A stretch of 62,346 nt of DNA, the filler included, from Collodictyon triciliatum (taxonomy: Eukaryota), in the NCBI GenBank assembly GCA_043381765.1. It is 2 parts of 2 records of this genome, joined end to end, with 100 filler letters (N's around TTAATTAATTAA, not from the genome) between each part and the next. Parts side by side here need not be neighbours in the genome. Positions count along the whole stretch, not along the records: positions 1 to 31,293 come from JBHJMP010000931.1; 1 more part is not named here. The stretch is one strand, 5' to 3'. Position numbers and translations under genes: made by a program. Positions 13,470 to 23,960 of this stretch are shown here, piece after piece. How positions within the stretch are numbered: position 1 is the first letter of the stretch; every line of letters begins with the position of its first letter. The notes under the pieces were generated by a model. The model was not told the DNA's origin. It saw only the letters and a list, made by a program, of their open reading frames with translations, and did not search any database.

Positions 13470-15638
13470 ATGGATGGCCTTCGCCCTCTGCCACAAAAAC
13501 ACAACCAGATCAAAGCAAGCTCCACGGTTATCTCCACCGTGTTTATTATCTCAATCGTCATAATCGCTGCTTCCCTTTTGCCAATCACGGCCGCTCAACC
13601 AGACGTTATCCGCCGAGGCATCTGCATTCTGCGCGGCACAGGCGTCCGAGATGGTGTGCTAAAAGGCGTGATTCGCCTGCGCCAGAACGGAACATCGCCC
13701 GGCATCAGTATAGATGTGGACATCGAAGGTGTGGGAATCGACGAGACGCACGGCATCCACATCCACCAGTACGGCGACGTCAGCGACCAGCTCAAAGGCC
13801 TCAACAACGGCGCTCACTTTGCAGTGGGCTACATGAGCGACGGAGCCCGCCACGGCCGACCCGGGGATACGAGACCGCGCCCACACAACGGCGACCTGGG
13901 AAATGTCAAGGCCGACTCGCAAGGCCGTGTCAAGACCAGCCTGCTGCCTGTCGTCAACGAATGGGCCACGCTGGATGGACACGAGTACTCGGTCATTGGA
14001 CGCACTGTTGTAATCCACGAGAAGATGGACACGGGCGAGCGAAACACAGAGACGGGCAACGCCGGCGGACGCTTTGGCCAGTGCGTCATCGGCATCGACG
14101 GCCTCCAGGACAACAGCCTCAACTCAGCCATGGCTGCGCCCATCCCCTCGGGGTCTTTCGGCTCCTGCACCTTGAACCCGCTTTCTGACAGCCCAGCCTC
14201 CAAAAGCCGCGTCACTGGAGAGCTCCGCTTCGAGACCACAACGCTGGGCTTTGTCAACATAACCGGGCTGCTCTCGGGGCTGACTCCGTTGACTCCCTTT
14301 GCCTTTGTCATCCACCGCGACGGCAATCTGCAGCAGTCCAGCTCATTGGGACCAACATACGACCCGGACGGCCCTCTTGAGCCAGGCTCCTCTAGATTGC
14401 CAAACATCCATCCGAACTGCCGTGGGATTGCCGAGTATCGTGCATATGTCGACGGCCTACAGTTTCCTCTCACTTCTATCTTGGGCCGCTCGCTTGCCAT
14501 CCACACCATCGACCCGGATGACCCCAGCGGGCAATCTATTGGGGCTGTCCTATCTGCATGTGTTGTTGGGCTTGCTGCACCCACAAAACCCGTCCCGATT
14601 GTGCGTCGAAGTATCATTCCCCGCGCTGATTGCGTCTTGCAAGGAACCGACAAGTACTCCACCGTCTCCGGTCGCATCACAATCAACTCCACTGATGAGT
14701 ACGACTGCACAGTCTCGGCATCCATCTCCGTCTCAGGAATCCCACGCACATCTGCAGGTTTCGAGACAACTACAGCCATCTCTATTCACACAAACGGCGA
14801 CATCTTGGACAAGACCCCGGCAGCCTCACGAGTCGGGCCACTGTTTGTCTCTGAAAAGTTCCCACCTCTAGTCGCGGTCAATGGGTCTTTCACAGGACCT
14901 GTGTACCAGTCTACTGACCAGACTCTCAACTTCAAAATGTCCTTGAGTGATGAGCGCTCTGTCATCGGAAGAAGCATCACACTCAGCATGAAGAACTCTG
15001 GCGACTCGAGCGGTTCTGCACCTGTGCTGGCTCAATGTGTCGTGGGGCTGGCAGACTCGTTTTCTTTCGATGCAGCAGAGCTCGCTCAAAGTCTACCAAA
15101 TTTGAGGATTGGACAACCTGATTCCACAGCCACCGAAGCTGTCGCATCCATGCACCCGACTTTCTTTTTTCCGTCTGTGCAAGGCCAAATCTGGTTCCGC
15201 TCCCGCAATATCACGGGCAAGCACAGTAGTCGCACGCCGATGACAAGTAGTTCTTTCCCTGTGGAAGTGGAGCTGGCGTTGCTGGGAAATCCACTGACCA
15301 ACTATACAATCCGCATCTACAGCCACGGGTCTATTCGGACGCGTGTGGCGAGCAACTTTGGGGAAAACAACTTGCTCTACACAGTGATGTCCATGGGCAG
15401 AGACGCCAAAGGAAACGTGACATTTGACTATAGGTTCTTGTCAGACAAGGATGGCATAATCAGAGTCACGTCATTTCCACTCACGGACTCTCTTGGGCAG
15501 AGTGTCAGTTTAACGAGTCTACTGGGGAAGGCAGTTCTTGTGCAGCCGGTTTATGAAGATGCGGTTTTGACTGCCTACGGATTCGGGGTGATTGGAATCG
15601 CTGAAACAAAGAGCTTTCCTCCCCGAGTCCAGAAGTAA
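13470..15638 (+). CDS. Signal peptide plus four tandem Cu/Zn superoxide dismutase-fold domains; intronless, probably the ectodomain of the downstream receptor kinase
   Basis: Hydrophobic N-terminus VISTVFIISIVIIAASLLPITAA. Repeat 1 has HGIHIHQYGD, GAHF, RHG, HNGDLGNV, VIGRTVVIHE and GNAGGRFGQCVIG. Repeats 2-4 keep the framework motifs ILGRSLAIH/ACVVG, VIGRSITL/QCVVG and LLGKAVLV/FGVIG. Confidence 0.9.
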   Translation: MDGLRPLPQKHNQIKASSTVISTVFIISIVIIAASLLPITAAQPDVIRRGICILRGTGVRDGVLKGVIRLRQNGTSPGISIDVDIEGVGIDETHGIHIHQYGDVSDQLKGLNNGAHFAVGYMSDGARHGRPGDTRPRPHNGDLGNVKADSQGRVKTSLLPVVNEWATLDGHEYSVIGRTVVIHEKMDTGERNTETGNAGGRFGQCVIGIDGLQDNSLNSAMAAPIPSGSFGSCTLNPLSDSPASKSRVTGELRFETTTLGFVNITGLLSGLTPLTPFAFVIHRDGNLQQSSSLGPTYDPDGPLEPGSSRLPNIHPNCRGIAEYRAYVDGLQFPLTSILGRSLAIHTIDPDDPSGQSIGAVLSACVVGLAAPTKPVPIVRRSIIPRADCVLQGTDKYSTVSGRITINSTDEYDCTVSASISVSGIPRTSAGFETTTAISIHTNGDILDKTPAASRVGPLFVSEKFPPLVAVNGSFTGPVYQSTDQTLNFKMSLSDERSVIGRSITLSMKNSGDSSGSAPVLAQCVVGLADSFSFDAAELAQSLPNLRIGQPDSTATEAVASMHPTFFFPSVQGQIWFRSRNITGKHSSRTPMTSSSFPVEVELALLGNPLTNYTIRIYSHGSIRTRVASNFGENNLLYTVMSMGRDAKGNVTFDYRFLSDKDGIIRVTSFPLTDSLGQSVSLTSLLGKAVLVQPVYEDAVLTAYGFGVIGIAETKSFPPRVQK

Positions 15639-18600
15639 TAGATATAGAAAAAAATGATGATACTAAAAACGTGTTACCTTTATCCTTAGGGATTGGCTTA
15701 TCATTTATTTGCATAATCTCGTTGTCGATTTATGGATTTTGGTATAGAAGAAAAATGATCACGTATGTAATGAAAACAAATACAAAACTCTTTGGTTTGA
15801 TTGACCCGTCTGATTTGATCTATGGAAGGAAAATAGGAGAGGGGAGTTTTGGTATTGTAAGTATAGATTTTTATTTATTTATTTATTTGCCAGATAATTC
15901 ATTTTTCTTTAATGATAATATTGATAATGAAAATGATAATGATGATAATCATAATAAAATTATGTAGGTTTTTCAAGGGGAGTGGAGAGGTGCAGATGTT
16001 GCCATAAAACGTATTCAGAAACCAAAAATATCAAGAGAAAGTGTGGAGGCTTTCAAAGGGGAAGTTTCTATGATGGTGTAAGTAGTTTTTTTTCCCCTTT
16101 CTTCTTTTGTAGTGTAAGTAGAATATACTATTTACGATTACTTTAAATAATGCAGCAAGAGTGGTCCTGAACAAAGTTGAAAGGAAGAATAAAAAAAATA
16201 ATGCAGCAAGAGTCTTTTTCTCACACAGTTTTTCTTAACAAAATTTTAACAGGGAATTAAGACACCCAAATATTATTTTGTACATGGGCGCGTGTTTGGA
16301 CGAGTCTCACTTATGTTTGGTATCCGAGTTTATGCAAAACGGAAGCCTCCACGAAATACTCCACCAGGAACATATATCCATTCCTTACAAGCAGAGGATT
16401 CAATTCATGTTGGACATTTCGAAGGGTGAAAAATAACTTGGACACATCCATTTAAGCTTATTCGTATTTCGGTCTATTTTTCTTGTTGCATTCTCATATA
16501 ATTATCCCAGTAGACGATATTTTAACAGAATTACTACGAAATAATCTTAATAGGAATGAATTATCTACATACATCCAGCCCCCCAATACTGCATCGCGAC
16601 TTGAAGAGCTTGAATGTTCTTGTAAGGACCTTTTCGTTTGTCTATCAACTTGTACTGCTTAAAATTCTATTATCATTAGCATCATTAATTTAGACTCTTC
16701 AATATATGATTTTTTTTTATTACGTTCATATTTCTTCCAGCCTTCAACACACGAAAAGAGAATATCACTTTCTTGATAATACGAAAAATAAAAATGAACT
16801 CATGATAATATGTCTTTACCAGGTTGATGATCGAATGAGGCTCAAAGTTAGGTAAATTTTCGTATAAAAGATATAGGAAATTCGTAGTCAAGATTATAAT
16901 TAATCATTAATTTATGAAAAACAGTGACTTCGGTCTCACCACTTTCCAAAATACCATGGAAGCCAACGGAGTCAAAGGAAGCTTACTTTGGTTGGCACCA
17001 GAAGCCATCGGTAGTGGCGAATATGGGCCTCCAGCAGATGTTTATAGCTTTGCAATTATATGCTGGGAAATTATTGCTCGGTCAGATCCTTATGAAGAGA
17101 TCGAAAACCTATCTTGCGTTCCAACCCTAGTTGTTTTAGAGGGTCTGCGCCCTCCGCTGACATCAGATGTTCCTGACCAATTGAGGCTTATTGTTACCAA
17201 ATGTTGGTCTCAGCTGCCTTCTGATAGACCGTCATTTCAAGAGACATCCAGAGAGTTATCGGTAACCACATTTTTAAACAAAGAAAACCACATATATTAA
17301 TCGATGATTTATCGACGATTCATGAGATTCTTTCCCATTATATCTATTTAGACGATGTTGTCAACCTCTGGAAGTACACCGGCTTCTTTTCTGGTATTGT
17401 CCCTTCTTTTATTGAATGTGAACATTCAGCCACAAGCGCGTTCCTCATCTTTTTATTTGGAAATATTACTCAACATATGATGCTTCAGTAAAGCGATACA
17501 TTAATGGGTAAATATTATAGAATGTTTTGGAAGAAAAAGAAGTGATACCTAACGGAGAAGTTGTGGTTGTATGCACTCGGGTATTCGGATCTGAATCTTT
17601 ATGGGACGAAATACCAGAAATAATGTGTGAGGCGACCATTTCTCACAACAAAATCATACGCCAGGTTAGTATGCCAACAAAAATTCTTACGAAATTAAAA
17701 TTAGTGTTAATACTAGTATTCTTCTTCTATTAATCACCAAATAAAATCAAGCTGGCATCAATGAATGCCGGATACATAAGCCAAAATGATGGAGAAAATT
17801 TTAATGTTGTATTCCCGGAACCGTATCATGCAATCAAGTATTGTCAAATGAATGCATTCTTTGAAGAATTATCTTTTTTTTTTTTTGGATCTGGCCCTGT
17901 ATTAACAAATCGCTTGAAAACTTCAAAAAACTTTGTATAGGTTTTCTGTCGAATTACAATCAGATCTTCAAACTTGCACTTGGCCACAGGGTTTATTGGA
18001 AAATGAATATGGAAGGTCGATTATGAACGACTCACTGCGAGGCTTGCGAATTCAAATTGTATGATTTAGGGGACAATTATTTTCTTTTAATTCTCACCCC
18101 AATAAATCACGAAATATTTTAAAGGTCCAACAATCATTTTACAATAGGGAATATCGCATGGAACATGCACAACATCAATAGACTCTTTGACCGCGCGCAC
18201 TAAATTTTCTGGGAAGGTACCTCTTCGACATTGATTTCATATAGTGATTTTCGTAATGATCTGTTTTGGACCCTCATTTTTGTTTTGCTAGATTTATTTT
18301 TTATAACAAGAAAAAAAGAAAGAATAAAAAACAATAAGAAAAAAACCTTCACAATTCATGTGAGTTCCGTAAAGGTCGTATCAGTGGCGTCAAAATTGAG
18401 TCGCATGGCTCATGGCGGACAAATTTTACTGACAGCACCTTTAATTCATGTGAATATTTCCTTTTTATTCATTTCTATGTGAACATATTACACTAACAAA
18501 ATCATAATAGAACATATAAAAGCTAGTTTTTTCTCTTCATCATTCTTTTGTAAATCGTATTCATTTCTAATTGTATATCATAGCACTTGGGTGAAAGACT

Positions 18601-20658
18601 CCATGAAATCGAGTCGATGACAATACTCACTCCAATTGTGAAAGAAAATTTTGGAGGCATTACAGCTACCGGACTTTATGCAGTGAGTACAATCTAAGCT
18701 ACTTTTCACAAATCATTCTTGAAACCCAAGACTTTTTTTTTTAAAAAAAAGAGCATATATTATGTCAAAAAGCTGAAAATAAAGAAAAATCACAAGTCCA
18801 ACGCATTTCTCCTCAGGTGTACTCAAAATTTATGAGAAAACGGGCGGATGAAATGGATTTAATGAATAGTACTATATTGAATGAGTCGAAACTTACTTCA
18901 TACTTGGTAACGATTTTACCTCAAATGCACATTATGAGTTGATGCTAGATTACTTTTTTCTAAAATATGTTCTGTGAATTGAAAAGGGCAACAACACATC
19001 ATTTATCCATCAGCCAAATGCTTTGTCTAGCTGTGAGATGGATGCTTCTACGGCGAATAAAGAGTCTAAGAGCCTTACTTCGGAATCAAAAGATGGTTTA
19101 AGTAAATTGAATAGTACTAATAAACTCGACTCAAGTGACAGTATTCAAGGAAAGAAAAACTGGGATATTTCTTTCTCTGAATTGGTAATGGACGAGGGAC
19201 ACCTTGGCACAGGGTCTTTTGGAACTGTCACAGCAGGATGTTATAAGGTTATTTTGCTACGATTTACAGCGTTTAACTAAAGAAAATTCATATTTTGTGA
19301 AATAGAAGACTAATTATTGGTCGTAACAGTCATACTTATTCCTTTGAATTGAATTATGTATCACATATAAACAAATTGGTGGTAATATCACATTTGCAAT
19401 CTCGATATATTTAATCATGACACAGGGAATCAAAGTTGCTGTTAAAAAAATGGCCGTGCAGAGTATGAAGGACAAATATTACCTCACCTTTCTTGCAGAG
19501 ATATCAGTTCTCAAGTAATCATGCAAACTTAATCTATTTACTTGACTGTCTACTTATCATTTATGTTCATATATATTTTTTTCATATCCTCAGGAAAATT
19601 GTCCATCCAAATATTGTCAAGCTGATTGGCGTTTGCACAGAGCCTCCCAACTTGGCTATTGTAATGGAATTGGTAACACCAGGCAGCCTTAGCGACTATC
19701 TCAGAAACAGGGCCAACCCTCTATCTCACGATGCAAAGTAATATCTTTACACCTAGTTCAAAGTATAATTGCAGTAATCCTTATGAGTCTTTTCCCCCGG
19801 TTTTTATTCATCCAGAGACAATATTATACGCGGAATATTATCTGGAATGAGTTATCTTCATTCACAAAAGCCACCAATTTTACATCGTGATTTGAAAACT
19901 GCAAATATTCTTGTGAGTTTTTACCTGATAAATGTATGCAGAATTTTATGGTTTCATGAATAGTGTGGTGATGTAATTGACTTATTTTGCATCATTGGTA
20001 GTTGAACGAGGATTTGGAATCAAAAATATGCGATTTCGGTTTTGCTCGAGCTCGAGTTCATAACCGGACGATGACAAAATGTGGAACTCTGACATACCAA
20101 GCACCAGAGGTTTATATCAATCTTACAGAAATTCATTTTTATTTATTTTATGATGCATTACTGATAATGATAATAACGATGATAATTGTAATATCACCTC
20201 CAATATTACTGCTACCAAGATCGCTATCTTCAACCATAAGCATAACCTCAACATTAACATCATCATTATGATTATCTTCATTATAATGAGGTTTTTTTTT
20301 ATTGTTATTTTAAATCAATGCCTGTTCCCTTTGGAACTCACAATGCATATGTACGTGCTAGGTAATCAAAGGGGGCCGATACGACGAAAAAGCTGATGTA
20401 TACAGCTTCGGTATCATCCTTTGGGAGATTGAGACGCGGGAACAGCCTTTCGGCAACCGCGACCCAATTGCTGTCCAATTCGACGTCTTGAGTGGACTTC
20501 GGCCAGAGTCCCGCCCAACCATGAATTCGAGGCTTCTTCGAATGATGTCGTCCTGTTGGGACGGAAATCCTCGTAAACGTCCATCTTTCAGCACTTTACA
20601 CGACACGTTTGGGAGTTCTCGTCAACAAGATACAGATGCGCCCCAGTTGACTTCCTGA
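15605..20658 (+). CDS. TM helix + TKL kinase + degenerate class III nucleotide cyclase domain + second TKL kinase (multi-exon)
   Basis: TM LSLGIGLSFICIISLSIYGFWYRRK. Kinase 1: IGEGSFGIV, VAIK, LRHPNIILYMG, HRDLKSLNVL, DFG, GSLLWLAPE, DVYSFAII. Cyclase-like: PNGEVVVV..SESLWD..HNKIIR..WPQGLL..RGLRIQIGI..AHGGQILL. Kinase 2: LGTGSFGTV, VAVK, HRDLKTANIL, CDFGFAR, CGTLTYQAPE, DVYSFGII. Stop TGA at 20656-20658. Confidence 0.93.
16145..16213 (+). mobile_element. Short A-tailed insertion flanked by an 18-bp direct repeat (TSD-like) in a kinase intron
   Basis: AAATAATGCAGCAAGAGT at 16145-16162 and 16196-16213 flanks GGTCCTGAACAAAGTTGAAAGGAAGAATAAAAA. Confidence 0.55.
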
Positions 20659-20979
20659 CAATCTTAATGATTTCTGCATCGCCCACCCGCCCCATCGAGG
20701 AGCTATTTAAAGCTATAAATTTCAACCCTATGTTTGTTTCATAGTAGGTTTGCCAGGCGAAAAATTTTCCAAAGATCGATCTATTTCTGCATATCATCAA
20801 ATCTCATCACGGTGTGGATAAATGTGGTGATCACGCTGAGAGGGACAGACTTGAGAGGGACAAATAATAATAATAATAAAAGGGGAACTGAAAGACCTAT
20901 CGAACTCAAGCCATCGACCCACGGGTAGCAAGATAATTAGGATTATAGTGCTCAGTAGTTGTTGCTCTGATTCATTTAT

Positions 20980-21146
20980 CTTTTCCTTTTCCCTTTCCTT
21001 TTCCCTTTCCTTTTCCCTTTCCTTTTCCCTTTCCTTTTCTCTTTCCTTTTCTCTTTCCTTTTCTCTTTCCTTTTCCCTTTCCTTTCTTTTTCTTTTTTCT
21101 CTTCTTTTTCTTTTTTCTCTTCTTTTTCTTTTCTCTTTTTCCTCTT
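20980..21146. repeat. Pyrimidine-rich repeat (TTTTCC/CTTTCC)n
   Basis: Directly visible. Confidence 0.9.
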
Positions 21147-21877
21147 ATGCTTTTTTTTTTCTCTTTTCTCTTCGGTCTCATTCAGCCTGTAAATGGATCT
21201 ACTTCATTGTTAAGGTTGTGACGAACTCGATTTTATCCCTTTCAAGGCACAACACTTTTTATACAATTATAATGTGCCCATATATAACAGTTTATGGCAC
21301 TGACAACCATCGAATTAAATATGGATTGACGAAAGCAGGAGCTTTGATGAATCCAAGAAAGCACCTGAATAATATAAAAGTATGATTAGCGTATAATAAA
21401 ATTAAAAATACTTAACAATCTTATTCTATTCCTGTAATTAATCTATACTACATTTCCATCTACGTAATATCAAAAAAAATTAAAAATTACAAAGAAGCCC
21501 TTGCCTTGGCCTAGACAGAACCCACCCTATAAACCTGCCACCAAACATGCATTTCAAAAAGCATACTACCCACACTTGCGGCGGTAATCACGTTGTTTGG
21601 GGCCGATATAGTGACTTTCAGTCGCAATAGCTATACAGCTGTCTTTTCGAACTCGCCGAGTCGGCTCTCAGCGTTTCGTCTCAAATCACTTATAAAAAAA
21701 ACTTTGTGTGTCTGATTACCACGATGCGCACATTTTGAGAGTCTCGGTAGATGCTTAATTTTAGATGAATTGATTTTATGCAGTTGTTTTTATTTAAATT
21801 GACTGATTGACTAAAGTTTTATTGAAATTGAAAACTCGGTAGTTTTCTCAAGGAAAAAGTAAAACAAAGACTTTCAG

Positions 21878-23833
21878 ATGAAGAAAAGAAAACGTCTTGA
21901 GTCTGAGAATATAAAGTCTGTAAAACTAGACTATCGAAATGTGAAAACATCTCTAAAGTCGATTGTAAAGAATCTGGATGGCTATGACAAAATCAATGAT
22001 ACGGTTTTATTGTTTCATAATTTCGTTACCGATACTTATCTGTTTGCAAGATGTTACATATTGAAAGCACAACAACACCCAACAATCGATGAAATGTGTT
22101 TTTTTTTTTTGTACGCTTTAAAGACAGTCGGAATAGTTCCACAAGATAGACCCGCAAGTTTAAATAAAACCAGAAATGAGTAAAGACATGGTGACTTTTT
22201 ATCTCAATCATTTTCGATTCCTTTTATCCCAAGAAGAACGCTTTCCATTGGTTGGACGGTCTCATGTATTACTGTACTTGACGAAGTAAGTGTTAACAGC
22301 TTATCGTTATAACACTTAGGAGCATTTTGTAAAGAGGTTACTGCGCTTTATAAATCAAACAGTTCTTAAAGATGGGGATATTACGGAAGCCATTAAAAGG
22401 GCAGAGTTAAGAAAGTTAAAAAAGCCATCTTCAAGAAACTCGAAATACCAAAATAATACAAAGGATGGGCTGCAACGCATTTGCATCATATCATTCCCAG
22501 CAATATTGTAAAAGGTATCGAATATGATGTCAAAGTCAATCCAAATAAGTACATTTCATGTTTGATTTTCATGAATTGCATTTTTGAGGACACTGGAACC
22601 AAACTGTTTCAACCAATCCCTATAAGAACTAATAATATACCATGCATATTACTCTAGATACTACATGTTTGATATATCTATTAGTATCAACTGGAAAAAC
22701 ATCATAAATGAAGAACATATCAGGATGCAAAGAGACCCTATGGGATAAGTTCTTTGAAATGAAGAGGGTCTTTCATCAAACAGACTACAATTTTATATTC
22801 ATGATACAAACAGACGGCTTGGCGGTGTCATTATTATTTAAAAAGAAACGTATTTCAAATTCAAAATTGAACTATAATCAAAACCCCAAGAATATGTTTA
22901 TGTAGACGAACTTTCCGAAGAGCAGCTATCTTTATCAGAGACAAAAAAAAAATAAAAAAAAATAGTTTGAGTGGACGCAGGCAAGTTTAATATGGTTTAC
23001 ATGGTGGACGAGACAGGTAAGTAATTACGCTACACGGCACACCAAAGGAGACATGATAGCAAATCTCTTAAAAATCACAAAAATACTCTTGCTCGAGAAA
23101 AAAAAAAGTACAATTCTTTAGGGATATGCATGGCAACAGGCTTACAGAGTGCTATTTCTTTTGGTCACAGGACTTTTGAAGAGAATCAGCGGTTTGAGAC
23201 ATCAAGAGTATCTTAAATCGATTTAGAAACAGACCTGAGTAAACATAATTCATGCACGGTCGATTATGAACAATTTCGGGAATATGTATCTATGAAATCA
23301 AGATACCAGTAGAATTTTCCAGATTTTATGAACAAGTAACTTTTCGAAAGACGAGATGGAGACAGTAATTTAATACAAGAAGTGAATAGTTGTTTACGGA
23401 CCGAATCGAAAAGACATTTGGCAAGGATGTTGCACTGGCGTACGGAGACTGGAGCAGAAAATGTCAGACGAACCATTTTATGCCAACAATCAGAAGAGGA
23501 TTACGAAAAATACTATCCAAACGTTTTGACATATTTAGTGTAGATGAATTTAGAACCTCCAAGATTTGCTGCAACTGCGAAAAAGAACTGGAATAAACGA
23601 CGCTGAAAGGAAATAGGAAAAAAGTGTGTAGATGTCTCATATGTAAAGAATGCAATCGCTCAGAAAGCAAAAAAAGTGTATTCTTGACAAGGGACTTTAA
23701 CAGCGCTAAAAATATACCCAAGAAAGTTCTTTTAATCCTTCAAAAATGCACGCACCTTTCTCTAAAAAACAAGCTGTTGGGTCTTTCCTGGCAGCCTTCA
23801 CCACTTCACAATCATAGTGAAAAAAGGTGGTGA
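21878..23833 (+). pseudogene. Fanzor1 (eukaryotic TnpB-like RNA-guided RuvC endonuclease), intronless, with several stops and frameshifts
   Basis: Joined frames give VKTSLKSI, EHFVKRLLRFIN, YDVKVNP, KLFQPIPIRTNNIP/HITLDT, IQTDGLAVSLLF, RuvC-I IV*VDAGK (D at 22974), LRYTAHQRR, YGDWS, MPT, VDEFRTSKICCNC (E at 23546), the second zinc-finger half CKEC, and RuvC-III TRDFNSAKNI (D at 23693). Confidence 0.9.
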
Positions 23834-23960
23834 GACCTTGGATACTAGCGCACCAGGATTACCAATCTTTCGATTGGTATGTCCCTTCTAGTAAAAGAAA
23901 CGTCTCGAAAGCCACTCTGGCGCTGATTTCGTATGATTTTATTCTGTGTGCCTCGATTAA
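23770..23960 (+). ncRNA. Putative Fanzor omegaRNA scaffold / element right end
   Basis: Stems cluster just 3' of RuvC-III: GCTGTTGG/CTGGCAGC, CACCAC/GTGGTG with inner TTCAC/GTGAA, a perfect TACCAATC-TTTC-GATTGGTA hairpin, and AGCG(CA)CCAG/CTGGCGCT. The position matches where TnpB/Fanzor omegaRNAs are encoded; boundaries are inferred. Confidence 0.5.

Noticed and set aside
13829-14779. 316-aa antisense ORF within the SOD exon
   Set aside because: It is a shadow ORF of a GC-rich coding strand with no recognisable motifs.
13470-15600. GC-rich intronless SOD exon as horizontal transfer
   Set aside because: Other first and last exons here are similarly GC-rich, so composition alone is not evidence.
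21878-23833. In-frame stops in the Fanzor as an alternative genetic code or readthrough
   Set aside because: All three stop types occur along with frameshifts, and host genes use standard stops, so this is ordinary decay.
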